A stretch of 64,000 nucleotides of DNA from assembly GCA_963836075.1 (NCBI GenBank), contig CAWIIB010000009.1:3360001-3424000 (forward strand), given 5' to 3'. Under the pieces are notes generated by a model. The model saw only the letters and a list, made by a program, of their open reading frames with translations, had not been told where the DNA came from and searched no databases. The number at the start of each line of letters is the position of its first letter. Within the stretch, counting starts at the first letter, position 1. The translations under genes were made by a program, and so were the position numbers. This document shows positions 40,480 to 52,066 of this stretch, in pieces. Origin of the DNA: an uncultured Acidobacteriota bacterium. GTDB taxonomy: Bacteria > Acidobacteriota > JAQAZP01.

Positions 40480-41568
40480 TCAGAGGGTACCCCGCAGGGC
40501 CTGCTCCCGCTCGATGGACTCGAACAGGGCCTTGAAGTTGCCCTTGCCGAAACCCCGCGCGCCGCGGCGCTGGAGGATCTCGTAGAACAGCGTGGGCCGG
40601 TCCTCCACCGGGGTGGTGAAGATCTGCAGCAGGTAGCCTTGGTCGTCGCGGTCCACCAGGATGCCCAGTTCCCGCAGGTCGTCGATGTTTTCCTCGATTT
40701 CTCCCACCCGCTGGGGAAGCGTTTCGTAGTACTCATCCGGAACATGGAGGAAATCCACGCCGTTTTCCCGCAACTGGCGCACGGTGGCGACCACGTCCCG
40801 GGTGTGCAGAGCCAGGTGCTGGATACCGGGACCGTTGTAGAAATCGATGTATTCCTGGATCTGGCTCACCTTGCGCCCCATGGCCGGTTCGTTGATCGGG
40901 AACTTGATCGTCATGTCTTTGCTGGCCATCACCACGCTCTGCAGGGCGGTGAATTCGGTGGAGATGTCCTTGTCGTCGAAGGAGATGTAGCGGTGGAAGC
41001 CGAGCACCTTTTCGTAGTAGTCGGCCCAGTGGTTCATGCGGTCCAGTTCAACGTTGCCCACGATGTGGTCGATAAAGTGCAGTCCGGTGGATGGCTGTTC
41101 GATCAGGCTCTCCTCATACCCGGGCAGAAATGGCCCCTGGTAATCCATGAGGGTGAGGAAGGAATGAATGGTGTCGCCGTAAGTCCGGATGGCAGCGCGA
41201 CGTACCGTGCCCCGTTCGTCGGTTATGTCGAAAGGCTCGCTATGCGGGATCGCTCCCCGGCTGACCGCTTCCGCGTACGCCGCATCGACGTCCTGCACCT
41301 CAAAGGCGATGTCACAGGCGCCGTCGCCGTGCTTGCTCAGATGTTTGGCGATCCAACTGCCCGAGCCGTAGGGGGTGGTGAGCACCAGTCGGGCCTTCCC
41401 CTGCTCCAGAACATATGAGGCCTCCTTGCGGTTACCTGTTTCCAGGCCGCTGTAAGCGGTGCGGGTGAACCCGAAAGCACGGCGGTAAAAGAATGCCGCC
41501 TGCTTGGCGTTGCCCACCAGATACGCCACGTGGTGGATCCGTTTCAGGCCCAGGTCATTGTTGGACAT
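40480..41568 (-). CDS. hppD: 4-hydroxyphenylpyruvate dioxygenase
   Basis: [38 protein letters not shown]. Confidence 0.95.
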   Translation of the reverse strand: MSNNDLGLKRIHHVAYLVGNAKQAAFFYRRAFGFTRTAYSGLETGNRKEASYVLEQGKARLVLTTPYGSGSWIAKHLSKHGDGACDIAFEVQDVDAAYAEAVSRGAIPHSEPFDITDERGTVRRAAIRTYGDTIHSFLTLMDYQGPFLPGYEESLIEQPSTGLHFIDHIVGNVELDRMNHWADYYEKVLGFHRYISFDDKDISTEFTALQSVVMASKDMTIKFPINEPAMGRKVSQIQEYIDFYNGPGIQHLALHTRDVVATVRQLRENGVDFLHVPDEYYETLPQRVGEIEENIDDLRELGILVDRDDQGYLLQIFTTPVEDRPTLFYEILQRRGARGFGKGNFKALFESIEREQALRGTL

Positions 41569-41608
41569 GACATGCTCTCCATTGGGATGGGACAGGGCCG
41601 GCGGCCCG

Positions 41609-41966
41609 CTACAGGGCGTCGATCTTGGCCGCCACGATGAAGTCGTTCTCGCTGAGGCCGCCGATGGCGTGGGTGAACAGTTCGAGGTCCACCGTGTTCC
41701 ACGATATGGCGATGTTGGGGTGGTGCCCCTCCTCCTCGGCCACGTCGGCGACCTTGTTGACAAAAGCCATGGCCTCGACAAAGTCCCTGAACTGGTAGTT
41801 GCGGGTCAGCCGGTGCACCCCTTCCCGGCTGAGGGCCCACTCCGGGATCAGCGGGGTGAACCCGTCCTCCTGGCTGTCGGTGAGTACCCGGCACACCGCC
41901 TTCGCAGGGGACGCACTTCTTGTCGATCAAACAATTGCTCTTTTCGTTCATTGCTGCACCGTTCAT
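41609..41966 (-). CDS. phhB: Pterin-4-alpha-carbinolamine dehydratase, apparent +1 frameshift at ~41888
   Basis: [11 protein letters not shown] joins VLTD...AEEEGHHP...[19 protein letters not shown] after removing one base. Confidence 0.85.
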
Positions 41967-42317
41967 GTTTTCGCCCCGCGGTGTCATCCCCCCCCAGGGA
42001 GGCGACACCCGGGCCGGGTTGGTTTTCATTGCATAAATATCTAAGCGGGAGCTAACCATTTCACCATGCCGGACCGTTCAATTTCAAGGGTTTGACTTAC
42101 TGTTTTTATGGATCATGCCCGGATCGGACGGCGTGGATGGATTTGCCCTAACTGCAACCTGTTATTTTTTAAAGAGATAGATCGAAAGTTGGCGGTTTTT
42201 TGAGAGAAGGAAATGTATTCGTGCCCAGCCGGGCAGAACGGTATGTAAGGAAACCCGGGCACTCCGGGGGGCGTGAACAGCCCCCTGAGTGCCCGGGGTG
42301 GATGGTTCCTGGTCAGA

Positions 42318-43558
42318 TCACTGTCCGGTGACCGTGCAACTGTCGGTCGCCTCCGGGCCGCCAGCCACATCCATCGCGGTCAGCAGTCCGGTGGTGTCAC
42401 CCACCAGGCCGGGCCAGGGCCCCATGTAGTAGCTCCAACAGTTGTAGTAGGTCTCGCCGCCGCCAAGAGTAACGTTCCCGCTGCGCCAGCCGTTGATCAC
42501 TCCGCCGCCCGCCAGGGTCACGTCGATCTCCCCGTGGAAAGTGCGTGAATCCATGGTCAGATTTTCCAGACCCGCGCAGATCTCCACTGTGAACGGCAAT
42601 ACGCCGCTGTCCGGCAGGCAGGTGAGCATTGCCGCCACGGTGGGCGGTTCCCCCCCCCGCTGTAGAGTTCGATGAACCGGCCTGAGGTGCCGGGGTTTTC
42701 GTTCTCGATCAGCGCCCCGGTGGTGGCATCCATCTCCCAGACACCGTCACCGGCGGTGCAGAGGATGTTCCCGTTGCCCAGCCGGTAGACACCGCGGCCG
42801 CCGTTGAAGAAGAACTGGGTGTGCAGCGTCCCGTCCAGGTCGAAATCGGTGATCCAGTCGGCGCTGAAGGACGCGTTCAGGTAGTCGCCCGGAGCAACGC
42901 TGTCGACCTGGACCTGCTCCGGGAAGTTGACGGCGAAGATCTCGCCGACCAGCGCACCCGCCGCGTCGTAGAGCCTCACGTTGTCGGTGGTGCCCTGGAT
43001 GTCGGTCAGCAGTGAGCTGCCATCGTCGAGGAACAGGATGTCGAAGGGATCTGAGCCGTCGGCGATGAAGTCGGCAAGACGGCTGTGCGGGCCGTCGAAC
43101 TCGGCCACGTAATCGTCCCCGCTGGTGACGAAGAGGTGACCGTCGCGGAAATCAATTCCCCTGATGTTGTTCAGCCCGTCAGTGGCGTCGGCATAGGTCA
43201 GGAGGTGGTTGCCGGCCGTGTCGAAGACATTGACCGAATCGTTGAGCTGGTCCGAAACATAGATGTTGCCGTCCGGCCCCTGCACCGCATTGATCGGGGT
43301 GGAGAACCCGGTGAACCCGGAGATGATGTCCCCCATGTACGTCCCATCGAACGGGTCGTATATACCAACAACGTCATTGGTGGAATCGGGGATCATCAGG
43401 AATTCAGTGGGCAGGCCGTCCATAGCGATCTGTTGTCCGGACTTGGTTGCACTGGTGGGCTCCAGTCCCTGCTCCTCGAGGAAATCATCCCCGGCCATCA
43501 CGGCTGGAACTAACATCAGACAGCAGACGGCGATGAGAAAAGTCACTCCATGCCTCAT
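42318..43558 (-). CDS. Secreted beta-propeller (NHL/SGL-like) protein with shared C-terminal domain; frameshift in G9 tract at 42650-42658
   Basis: Signal peptide, GPDGNIYVSD-type repeats. The C-terminal domain continues in ORF 42318..42638. Confidence 0.7.
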
Positions 43559-43692
43559 CTGGCACCTCCCTGGCCTCGCGGGCCAAAACTGGGTTGAAAA
43601 GAAAGGGTAGTGGATAACGCAGCCTGTGTGCAGGCGTTCTGTGGTTAATATACGTCTTGTTGCCCGATAAGGCAATGAAAATAATTAATGTC

Positions 43693-44643
43693 TCAAGCGG
43701 AGATGTCGGGTGGGGCCTGCTGCTGTGGGTTGAGGCCGCGGCTGACCGCTTCGGCCTCGATGAAGACACGCTTGACGCGGGGGTGGGCTTTCTTGATCCG
43801 CCGGTCCAGGCCGGCGATGGCCTGCTCCACCTCACCCGCGGTGGCGCTGTCGCGGAAATCGACATTGATATTGACCAGGATGAACTCCGGCCCCACGTGC
43901 ATGGTCAGCACCTCGCTGACCTGTTCGATAAGCGGGTTTTCCCGGGCGAGACTGCGGATGTTTTCCACCACCTCGGGTCGGGCGCTCTCACCGATCAACA
44001 GGCTTTTTGTCTCCCAGGCCAGCCAGGCCGCGGTGGCGCCGAGGATCAGGCCGATGACCACCGAGGCCGCCCCGTCCCAGCGGTAGTCGCCGGTGAGCTG
44101 GGCGGCGAGGATGCCGGCAAAGGCCGCCACCAACCCGAGCATCGCCGCCGAGTCCTCGAAGAGCACCACGAAGATCGAAGGGTCCTTGCCGCGGTGCACC
44201 GCCTCGATGATCCCCCGCTCGCCCCGTTGCCGCTCGAACTCCCGGAAGGCGAAGATCCAGGCCGCGCCCTCGAAGATCATCGAGAGGCCGAGGACGATGT
44301 AGTTGATCATCGGGTTGGCCACGACCTTGGGGTGCCGGATGTGGTGCACGCCCTCGTAGAGCGACACTCCGGCGCCCACGGCAAAGATCAGGATGGCCAC
44401 CACGAAGCTCCAGAAGTAGATCTCCTTGCCGTAGCCGAAGGGGAACTGCGGATTCGGAGAGCGTTTGCTGCGGCGCAGGCCGTAGAGCAGCAGCACCTGG
44501 TTGCCGGTGTCCACCAGTGAGTGAATGCCCTCGGAGAGCATGGCCGAGCTGTGGGTGATGGTGGCGGCGCCGAACTTGGTGATGGCGATGAGGCTGTTGC
44601 CGACCAGTGCGGCGTAGATCACTTTTTTGGACGATGAGGCCAT
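43693..44643 (-). CDS. Cation diffusion facilitator family transporter
   Basis: SEGIHSLVDTGNQ, FPFGYGKE, FEDSAA. Confidence 0.9.
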   Translation of the reverse strand: MASSSKKVIYAALVGNSLIAITKFGAATITHSSAMLSEGIHSLVDTGNQVLLLYGLRRSKRSPNPQFPFGYGKEIYFWSFVVAILIFAVGAGVSLYEGVHHIRHPKVVANPMINYIVLGLSMIFEGAAWIFAFREFERQRGERGIIEAVHRGKDPSIFVVLFEDSAAMLGLVAAFAGILAAQLTGDYRWDGAASVVIGLILGATAAWLAWETKSLLIGESARPEVVENIRSLARENPLIEQVSEVLTMHVGPEFILVNINVDFRDSATAGEVEQAIAGLDRRIKKAHPRVKRVFIEAEAVSRGLNPQQQAPPDISA

Positions 44644-44722
44644 GGATTTTCCAGCTCTCCCCTGTTCTGCGGTTTGGTCAATAATGCCACGAAACCGCCC
44701 GGCGGCCAACCCGGTTTCCGGG

Positions 44723-45976
44723 TCACCGTCTACGCTTTGTCTTTCGTGGCTTTGCCGGAACAGCGTCCAGGGTCAGCCGGTTGCGGCCTCGCCGCTTGGC
44801 CCGCAGCAGCGCCTGGTCGGCGGCTTTGACCACCTCCTGGGCGGTGTGGTGCTCCTCCCGCCGCTGGGCGGCGCCGATACTGATCCGCACCCGCACGTTC
44901 TTCTTCTTTCCCCGCGGGGGCCGCGGCCGCACCGGCGGTTTCCGCGGGCGGCCCCGGCCGCGGACGGTGAAGGCGGCGCCGGCCACCTTGCGGCGCAGGT
45001 GTTCGAGGTGCGGGGCCGTCTCTTCCAGATCTTTGCCGGGAAAGAGCAGGGTGAACTCTTCACCGCCATAGCGGAAGGCCCTGCCCCCGCCGCCCACCGC
45101 GGCCAGGCTGCCCGCCACCATGCGCAGCACCTGGTCACCCACGTGGTGGCCGTGACGATCGTTGAATTTCTTGAAGTGGTCGATATCCACCATCGCTGCG
45201 GTAAAGCGGCCGCCGATCTGGTTCAGGGCTTCATTGAGCGCCCGTCGTGTCGGCAGGCCGGTCAGTTCATCACGAAAGGCCATGGAATAGGAGGTGTTGA
45301 CCACGGCCACCACCAGAATCAGGCCGGCGGCGGAGAAGAGCAGGGTGGCCGGCGAACCGCTCTGCGCTGTCAGGGCGAAGCAGGCGGTGAGCAGCGACCA
45401 GAACAGACCGGCGCTCAGCGGTCCGGGACGGCTCACCGCCCGGCCGGCCAGCAGCAGCACCGCCAGGGCGGCTGCCACCAGGGCGAGGTGCGGGACACCG
45501 CCGGTGTCCGGGGGAAACCCGGGAATGGAGACCTGGAGGAAGCGGACCGATTGATGCAGTGTGCGGTGGATGACCAGGGCCACCAGGGCCGGCTGCACCA
45601 GCACCGCCGCCAGGCGCCACACGCCGCGGGCGGTGAAGAACCCCCGCTCGTTGAGCAGCGAAATCACGAGGAAGTTCAGCGGCAGCAGGATGGCCACTGC
45701 GCTGAAGACGAACGGCCCGGCACCTGGATCGCCGGCGGCGTCAGGACCGTAGCGCCGCAGCGATTCCTCAGCCAGGGCGAGCACCAGCAGGGACAGCACC
45801 GGGCGGAGACGGTTGAACCGCCAGCCGAGGAGCAGTCCTGCGCCCAGCACAACCAGGGGAAGCACCTCGGCAGCGGCGGTGAGCAGCTGGGGCAGGGGGC
45901 GTTGGGCCAGGATCAGTGCCGCGCCAAAAATCAAACCGCCGGGAAGTATGGCGGAGAGAAATGCCCGTGGACGCAC
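44723..45976 (-). CDS. Membrane-bound diguanylate cyclase (GGDEF)
   Basis: DELTGL, DIDHFKKFND..GH.VGD, RYGGEEF. Confidence 0.9.
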   Translation of the reverse strand: MRPRAFLSAILPGGLIFGAALILAQRPLPQLLTAAAEVLPLVVLGAGLLLGWRFNRLRPVLSLLVLALAEESLRRYGPDAAGDPGAGPFVFSAVAILLPLNFLVISLLNERGFFTARGVWRLAAVLVQPALVALVIHRTLHQSVRFLQVSIPGFPPDTGGVPHLALVAAALAVLLLAGRAVSRPGPLSAGLFWSLLTACFALTAQSGSPATLLFSAAGLILVVAVVNTSYSMAFRDELTGLPTRRALNEALNQIGGRFTAAMVDIDHFKKFNDRHGHHVGDQVLRMVAGSLAAVGGGGRAFRYGGEEFTLLFPGKDLEETAPHLEHLRRKVAGAAFTVRGRGRPRKPPVRPRPPRGKKKNVRVRISIGAAQRREEHHTAQEVVKAADQALLRAKRRGRNRLTLDAVPAKPRKTKRRR

Positions 45977-45981
45977 CCGGC

Positions 45982-47577
45982 CTACCTCCCGTCGCCGGTT
46001 GGCGGTTCTCCGGCAAGCCGGAGGTCGAAGAGGTGGCAGCCATGGGCCGGCAGGTCGAGGTACAGGCCGCGGACCACCAGGTCATCACCCTCGCGGCTGT
46101 AGGACGCCTGACCCAGCAAGTCGTCGAAGTGCCAGGTCATCCCGCCCAGGCCGGGGAGGTTCAGCGGCAGGAAGCACTGGGCCGGTTCACCGGAAAGATT
46201 GGCCACCACCACCCGGCGGTGGCCGCGAAAGACCCAGCGGTGGGCGATGATGTTGCGGAAGGAGGGATTGCCGAACCACTCCTCCTGGGGCTCCAGCGGG
46301 GCCCACTGGCCGAGGTGAAACACCGGGTGACGCAGGGCCTGGATCAGGCGGTGGTAGAAACCGGCCAGTTCGGCATCGGGCGGTTCCGACGGGCGGCGGC
46401 CCAGCTGTACCGGCACCTGCAGCCGGTTGCCCTCCAGTTGACCGTCGTGGAACAGCCGCATGCCGGGCAGGGTCATACCCACCACCGCGGCGGGCCGCAG
46501 CCGCTCACAGCCGAAGGCGGTAACTGCCCGTTCCTCGTCGTGATTCTCGATAAAACGGGTCAGGCGGTTCTGGAACTCCACCGCTCTGGTGAGCCGCTGC
46601 CGGGTGGCCCGGGGGTCGCCCCCCACCAGCAGGTCGTAGAGCCGTTTGTCATAGGTGTAGTCGAAACCCTGCTGCTGCAATTCACCTTCCATGTCCCAGT
46701 AGACCTCGCCGATGGTCAGGAATTCCGGGTGCAGTTTCTTGACCCTGGCGATGGCCCGCGGCCAGAACTGCGCTTCCGGCGGTTCGAAGTGGCCGCCCCA
46801 GGTACGGAGGAAGATGCTGCGCGTGGGCAGCATGGCCATGTCGCAGCGCACCCCGTCACAGCGGCCGGCGATCTCCATCAGGCAGCGCTCCATGGCCTCC
46901 CGGGTCTCGGACCGGCGGTAGTCCAGCTGCACCGTGTCGGTCCAGCCGGGGAAGTTCGGGTCGCGGCCGTGGGCGAACACCCGTTCCCGTCCGTTGTCCC
47001 GGTGCAGGAAGTAGTTGTCCGGTGCCTTGAGCAACTGGTCCCGGTCGCCCTGCATCAGCCGCTGGGGCTGCTCATCGATCCAGCTGTGATCAGCCGCCAG
47101 GTGGTTGGGGACGAAGTCGAGGATCAACCGGATGCCGAGCCGGGCCAGTTGCCGGCGCAGTGCCTGCAGTTCGCCGTCGCCGCCCAGGGCCGTGTCGGTG
47201 CGGTAGTCGGCCACCGCATAGGGCGACCCCACCACATCCTGGTCATGGTAGTCGGGAAGCAGCTCGGCGAACCGGGCTTTCAACTGGGGGTGGCTGCGGG
47301 CGCGCCGCCGGCTCCAGCGGCTGCGCTGCCAGACGCCCATCAGCCAGACGCCATCAAAGCCGTACCCGGCGATGCGGTCCAGCTCCTGCTGCGGCACCGT
47401 GCCCAGGGTCACCGGCTGCCCGTGCGTGCGGCTCAGGTCGCGGAGCCAGGTCCAGGTGTTGATCTCGTACACCGCCGGGTGGGCCGGCCAGGGCCCGGCG
47501 GGAGCGGTGCCCGCCGCCTCCACTTTGCGCAGCAGGCGTCCCAGCTGTTTTGTTGTCGCTGTATCACGGTGGGTCAC
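45982..47577 (-). CDS. GH13 alpha-amylase family glycosidase
   Basis: LDFVPNH, DGVRCDMA, GEVY, FIENHDE. Start uncertain. Confidence 0.85.
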   Translation of the reverse strand: MTHRDTATTKQLGRLLRKVEAAGTAPAGPWPAHPAVYEINTWTWLRDLSRTHGQPVTLGTVPQQELDRIAGYGFDGVWLMGVWQRSRWSRRRARSHPQLKARFAELLPDYHDQDVVGSPYAVADYRTDTALGGDGELQALRRQLARLGIRLILDFVPNHLAADHSWIDEQPQRLMQGDRDQLLKAPDNYFLHRDNGRERVFAHGRDPNFPGWTDTVQLDYRRSETREAMERCLMEIAGRCDGVRCDMAMLPTRSIFLRTWGGHFEPPEAQFWPRAIARVKKLHPEFLTIGEVYWDMEGELQQQGFDYTYDKRLYDLLVGGDPRATRQRLTRAVEFQNRLTRFIENHDEERAVTAFGCERLRPAAVVGMTLPGMRLFHDGQLEGNRLQVPVQLGRRPSEPPDAELAGFYHRLIQALRHPVFHLGQWAPLEPQEEWFGNPSFRNIIAHRWVFRGHRRVVVANLSGEPAQCFLPLNLPGLGGMTWHFDDLLGQASYSREGDDLVVRGLYLDLPAHGCHLFDLRLAGEPPTGDGR

Positions 47578-47682
47578 GGTGCCTGGTCCCCGAGCCGAAA
47601 GCAGCGGCCTCCATGGCCGCCGGCGGTTCCTGGCCGAAGAGTATACACGATTCCGCCACCCGGACACAGGACACGGGGGCTC

Positions 47683-50600
47683 TCACGGCGCTTGAGGCGA
47701 ATGCGGGAGAGGTTTCAAACCGGTCACGGTGCACCTGTCGGTATCGGTATCACCGGAAGGTGGATACGGGGGGTGGTTGTACGGGGCGGGTGTGACGTCT
47801 TCCACGACCAATGTGAATATATTGGTGCCCACCACCGGAGCCAGATCGGGGATCGTCTGCTGCCAGGCCGTGGAGTAGGTGGACCCGGCAGAGAGGTTGG
47901 TATACCCCGATCGCCAATTGGGGTAGAACGAGCCGTTGCCCAACTGCACGCTGATCCGGGCAGCTGCGCGGCGGGATTGACCAAGATACCGATTGGTCAA
48001 ATAGACCGTATGTGTCGTGGTGAAGGGGATGGTGCCGCTGAGCGGCGCAATGGTGTAGATGCAGTTCGTCGTGACAGTATCGAGGTTGAAGAAGTATGCC
48101 GATCCCGCTTCATCCCCCCCCTCATGGTCATCCCTGGGCGCTCCCACAATCGCCGTGTTGCCGTCGATGCCCAGTGCTGTACCGAAGCCATCGTCCGCCG
48201 CCGCGTCGGACGCACTCAGTTTGGCCTGCTGGAACCAGGTCCCGCGTTGAAGTGAAAACACGTATGTCGAACCGGAGTTCACGCCGCCGGCATGATCGTC
48301 GCCCGCTGCCCCGATCAGGGCAGTGCCGTCCTGAATCGATACCGAGTAGCCGAAGTTGTCTTCCTCCGCCGGATCCCATGCGGTCAGTTTGATCTGCTCG
48401 GTCCAGGTTTCTCCAGAGCGCACGAACACGTATGCCGACCCGGCATCGGAAAAGCCGCCGTGGTCGTCGCTGCTGGCGCCGATCACGGCCATGTCGCCAC
48501 GAAGGGCCACCGCGAAGCCGAACCGGTCATCCTCGGCGGCGTCCGAGGCGGTCAGTTTGGCTTGTTCGGTCCAGACGCCGTCCGCACGGGTAAATACATA
48601 TGCCGAGCCCGCATACGCCATTCCTTCCCGGTCTTCCTTGTATGCTCCGACCAGCGCCGTATCGCCATCGATGGCGACGGAGTAACCAAAGAAGTCGTCC
48701 GGCCCCGCGTCCGAGGCGGTCAGTTTAGCTTGCCTGGTCCACTTGTCCCCGGAGCGAGTAAAGACAAAGACCGATCCGGATTCGGTCAGATCATAGTAGT
48801 CATCCCCGCATGCCCCGATCACGATGGTGTCGTCATCGATGGCCACTGAGCAACCGAAAAAGTCGTCATACTGTCCCTGGAAATCGGACAGTTTCGATTT
48901 TTCGGTCCAGACGCCATCGGAGCGACCGAAGACGAATGCCGAGCCCACCTTTTCTTCGCCCGAGACCATGCCCCAGCAGGCTCCGACTACTGCCGTGTCG
49001 CCCTGGAGGTCAACGGCGCAGCCGAAGAGTTCGAATGAGGTCGCACCCGAAGCGGTCAGTTTGGCCTCTTCCGTCCAGGATTCACCGGCGTCCTTGAAGA
49101 TGTACGCCGACCCCGCTCGTATGCGACCCGCATGATCGTCATCCACGGACCCGACAATGGCCAGACCATTGTCGATGGCCACCGAGTAGCCGAACCGGTC
49201 TCCCGCGGCACTGTCCGACGCGGTAATCTTATACAACTCCGTATCACCGTAGTCACAGGCATCACCTGCACCGTCTCCGTCCTCGTCGGCCTGGTCGGGG
49301 TTGTTCACCGTCGGGCAGTTGTCCATATCCCCGCAAAGGCCGTCCCCATCGACGTCGTTCTCAGGATCATCCGGGCATGTATCGCAGGCATCGCCGATAC
49401 CATCTTCGTCGGCATCTTCCTGGTTCGGATTGGAAATGCCGGGACAGTTGTCACAGGCATCCCCCACATCGTCATCGTCCACGTCTGACTGGTCCGGATT
49501 GAACTCGTCAGGACAGTTGTCCACATCGGCACAGAAACCGTCGGCATCGACGTCGTCCCCCGGATCATCCGGGCAATCGTCACACGCATCCCCGATCCCG
49601 TCGCTGTCCGCATCCTCCTGGTTCGGGTTGGGCAACGCGGGACAGTTATCGCAGGTATCACCCAACTCGTCTTCATCGGTGTCCGCCTGGCCGGGGTTAT
49701 GGTCAAACGGACAGTTGTCGAATTCGTCCAGGACACCGTCCCCGTCATCATCGGGATTGCACCCCAGATCGAAAATGTAGACTGAGCCGGCGTCTAACAG
49801 GTCGGAGTGGTTGTCACCCTCTGCTCCGATCAGTGCAAGGTCGCCATCCAGGGCGGCTGCTCGTCCGAAGTAATCGCCCAACGCCGTATCGGAGGCAACC
49901 AGGATATGCTGCTCGGACCAGTTCTGGCCGGAACGGCAATAGATATACGCCGAACCGGAATAGATGCCGCTGCCATTGTCCTTATGTGCGGCCCCGATCA
50001 GCGCCACATTGTCCTCAAGGGCAAGTGAGGAACCGAAACGATCCTCCTCCGCACTATCCGATGCGGTGAGTTTGGCTTGTTCGGACCACCCCCTGGCTGA
50101 TTGGAAGAAGACATACGCCGAGCCGGCATTGGTGCCGCCGGCGTGGTCATCGAGAGTGGCCCCGATCAATGCGGTATCGGCGTGGAGAGCGATGCGGCCG
50201 CCAAAAGCGTCACCGGCCGACGCGTCCGAGGCGGTCAACATGGACTGCTCGGTCCACTCGTCGCCGCTGCGGGTGAAGACGTAGGCTGCGCCTGCCCCCA
50301 CATGACCCTGGTGGTCCCTCCCCGAAGCGCTGATCACCATCGTCTCTTCATCGAGAGCAATCGCGTGGCCAAAGTGATCACCGGGCAGGCCATCGGACGC
50401 GATCAGCTTCGTCTGCTCTATCCAGTCTTCGCCTGTACGGACGAAAACATAGGCCGAGCCTGCATCGTTTTCGTTTGGCAGATCGTCTCCGGATGCCCCG
50501 ACGACGATCATCTCTCCCTCAATCGCTACTGAGCCGCCAAAATAATCACCAGCCGATGCATCGGAAGCGGTCAGTTTGGCTTGCTCTGTCCAAACCCCGT

Positions 50601-51021
50601 TCGTACGGACAAAGACATAGGCCGCGCCGGCATCGCTCTCGCCCGAGTGGTTGTTCCCCGAGGCCCCGATCACCACAGTGTCGCCGTCAATGGCCACCGA
50701 ACTGCTGAAGTAGTCAGACGCCCACGCGTCGGAAGCGGTCAGTTTGGCCTGCTGGGTCCAATCACCGACTGCACGAACAAAGATGCAGGCCGAGCCGCTG
50801 TGATCAGCTCCGTCAGCCCCGACAATTGCCGTGTTGCCGTCAACGGCAACCGAGCGGCCAAAGTTGTCGTTTGCCATGGCATCCGCGGCGATTAATCCCG
50901 TCAATTCCTCCGGATTACATTGCGCAGATACGGGCACTCCAGTCCACGGGGTCAAGAGCCACAAACTCGAACAGGTGAACAGTGCGACCGCCCGGAAAAA
51001 CCGCTTGTCCATCAATGTCAT
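47683..51021 (-). CDS. Secreted protein with two FG-GAP propellers flanking thrombospondin type-3 Ca-binding repeats, plus shared C-terminal domain
   Basis: Repeats of KLTASD..D.FG.SVAI.GD...GA...AGSAYVF; DNCP..NPDQ.D.DGDG.GDACD repeats at about 49250-49750. Confidence 0.9.
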   Translation of the reverse strand: MTLMDKRFFRAVALFTCSSLWLLTPWTGVPVSAQCNPEELTGLIAADAMANDNFGRSVAVDGNTAIVGADGADHSGSACIFVRAVGDWTQQAKLTASDAWASDYFSSSVAIDGDTVVIGASGNNHSGESDAGAAYVFVRTNGVWTEQAKLTASDASAGDYFGGSVAIEGEMIVVGASGDDLPNENDAGSAYVFVRTGEDWIEQTKLIASDGLPGDHFGHAIALDEETMVISASGRDHQGHVGAGAAYVFTRSGDEWTEQSMLTASDASAGDAFGGRIALHADTALIGATLDDHAGGTNAGSAYVFFQSARGWSEQAKLTASDSAEEDRFGSSLALEDNVALIGAAHKDNGSGIYSGSAYIYCRSGQNWSEQHILVASDTALGDYFGRAAALDGDLALIGAEGDNHSDLLDAGSVYIFDLGCNPDDDGDGVLDEFDNCPFDHNPGQADTDEDELGDTCDNCPALPNPNQEDADSDGIGDACDDCPDDPGDDVDADGFCADVDNCPDEFNPDQSDVDDDDVGDACDNCPGISNPNQEDADEDGIGDACDTCPDDPENDVDGDGLCGDMDNCPTVNNPDQADEDGDGAGDACDYGDTELYKITASDSAAGDRFGYSVAIDNGLAIVGSVDDDHAGRIRAGSAYIFKDAGESWTEEAKLTASGATSFELFGCAVDLQGDTAVVGACWGMVSGEEKVGSAFVFGRSDGVWTEKSKLSDFQGQYDDFFGCSVAIDDDTIVIGACGDDYYDLTESGSVFVFTRSGDKWTRQAKLTASDAGPDDFFGYSVAIDGDTALVGAYKEDREGMAYAGSAYVFTRADGVWTEQAKLTASDAAEDDRFGFAVALRGDMAVIGASSDDHGGFSDAGSAYVFVRSGETWTEQIKLTAWDPAEEDNFGYSVSIQDGTALIGAAGDDHAGGVNSGSTYVFSLQRGTWFQQAKLSASDAAADDGFGTALGIDGNTAIVGAPRDDHEGGDEAGSAYFFNLDTVTTNCIYTIAPLSGTIPFTTTHTVYLTNRYLGQSRRAAARISVQLGNGSFYPNWRSGYTNLSAGSTYSTAWQQTIPDLAPVVGTNIFTLVVEDVTPAPYNHPPYPPSGDTDTDRCTVTGLKPLPHSPQAP

Positions 51022-51190
51022 CGTTTGACTCCCGCGTTCTGGACTGGTGAATGTATCTCTAGCGTCAGTAAAAATGGGTATTGTCCATGAAAATGGCTGT
51101 GCAGCTGTCGGTTGCCACCAGAAAAACAAACATGTTCTTTTTACAACGTGGTTCTTTTATTCAAGGAAGTCAAGTGGCGTCCGGCTGGGA

Positions 51191-52049
51191 TTATTCAGGA
51201 AGGATCCCCAGCGCGACAAAGATCTTCCGGGTCAACTCCACCCGGGGGCCCCAGATTTCCTGGTAGCTGTCCGCTTCGAGGTTCAGCGCGAAGGTGAAGG
51301 TCCGCTCACCCCGTTCCACCCAGCCCACCAGCCAGCCGATGCGCCGGCCGTTGTCCAGTTCCCCGCCGCCGGTCTTGCCGCGAAAGACGTAGCCGTCGCC
51401 TTTCTCCCGCTCGATGATCCCTTCCACGATGGCCGTGGACCGTTCGGAATAGCCCATCCGCCGGTCTTTCAGCCGCCGCAGGAATTCCACCTGTTCGGCG
51501 GCGGCGATCTGCAGGGTGGAGGAGAGCCAGAACTGGTCGATGCCGCCGGAGATGTCCTGGTTGCCGTAGTTGATCCGCCCCAGGTGCTTTTTCATCCGCT
51601 CGGTCCTGATGCGGCGGGCCACTTCCTGGAAATACCAGACCACCGAGTTGGTCATCGCCGAGCGCAGGTCGTGATCCCGGGGCCACTCACCGAGGATCGG
51701 TCCGCTCCACCAGTCCTGTTTGGGGTCCTGCTCCGGGTCCCAGGGAATCACGTGATCAGCGTCGGCCAGCACGCCCAGTTCCAGGGCGATGAGGCTGTTG
51801 GGGATCTTGAAGGTGGAACAGGGGGGGAAGCGGGTGGCCCCGCGCAGGGGGTTGTGGCGCAGATAGACGCCGCCGGCCGAATCGTGGATCACGATGCAGC
51901 CCTCGTATCCCTCGAACAGCTGGTCAACGATGATCTGTGCTTCCCGGCTGCTGAAGTCCAGCGGCTCCGGCTCGGCGGATGAACACGGGCAGCCACGCTG
52001 CGCTGAGCAGACAGAGCACGATTCCGGCAACCGGGTTACGGTTCTTCAT
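51191..52049 (-). CDS. Class D beta-lactamase (OXA/BlaR-like) family protein, apparent +1 frameshift in signal peptide at ~51982
   Basis: STFK, SVV, YGN and KTG motifs. The signal peptide MKNRNPVAGIVLCLLSAAWLPV|SSA is restored by removing one base. Confidence 0.85.
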
Positions 52050-52066
52050 TCTCTTCCCCCGTGGCA

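Noticed and set aside
42060-42260. AT-rich intergenic region as a specific promoter or ncRNA
   Set aside because: It probably contains the phh operon promoter, but I cannot assign convincing -35/-10 boxes or an RNA structure.
45916-48255. 779-aa plus-strand ORF
   Set aside because: Antisense to the GH13 and FG-GAP genes.
48100-50900. Periodic DNA repeats (gcggtcagtttggc) as a CRISPR-like array
   Set aside because: They are coding FG-GAP and TSP3 protein repeats with degenerate third positions. No cas genes are present.
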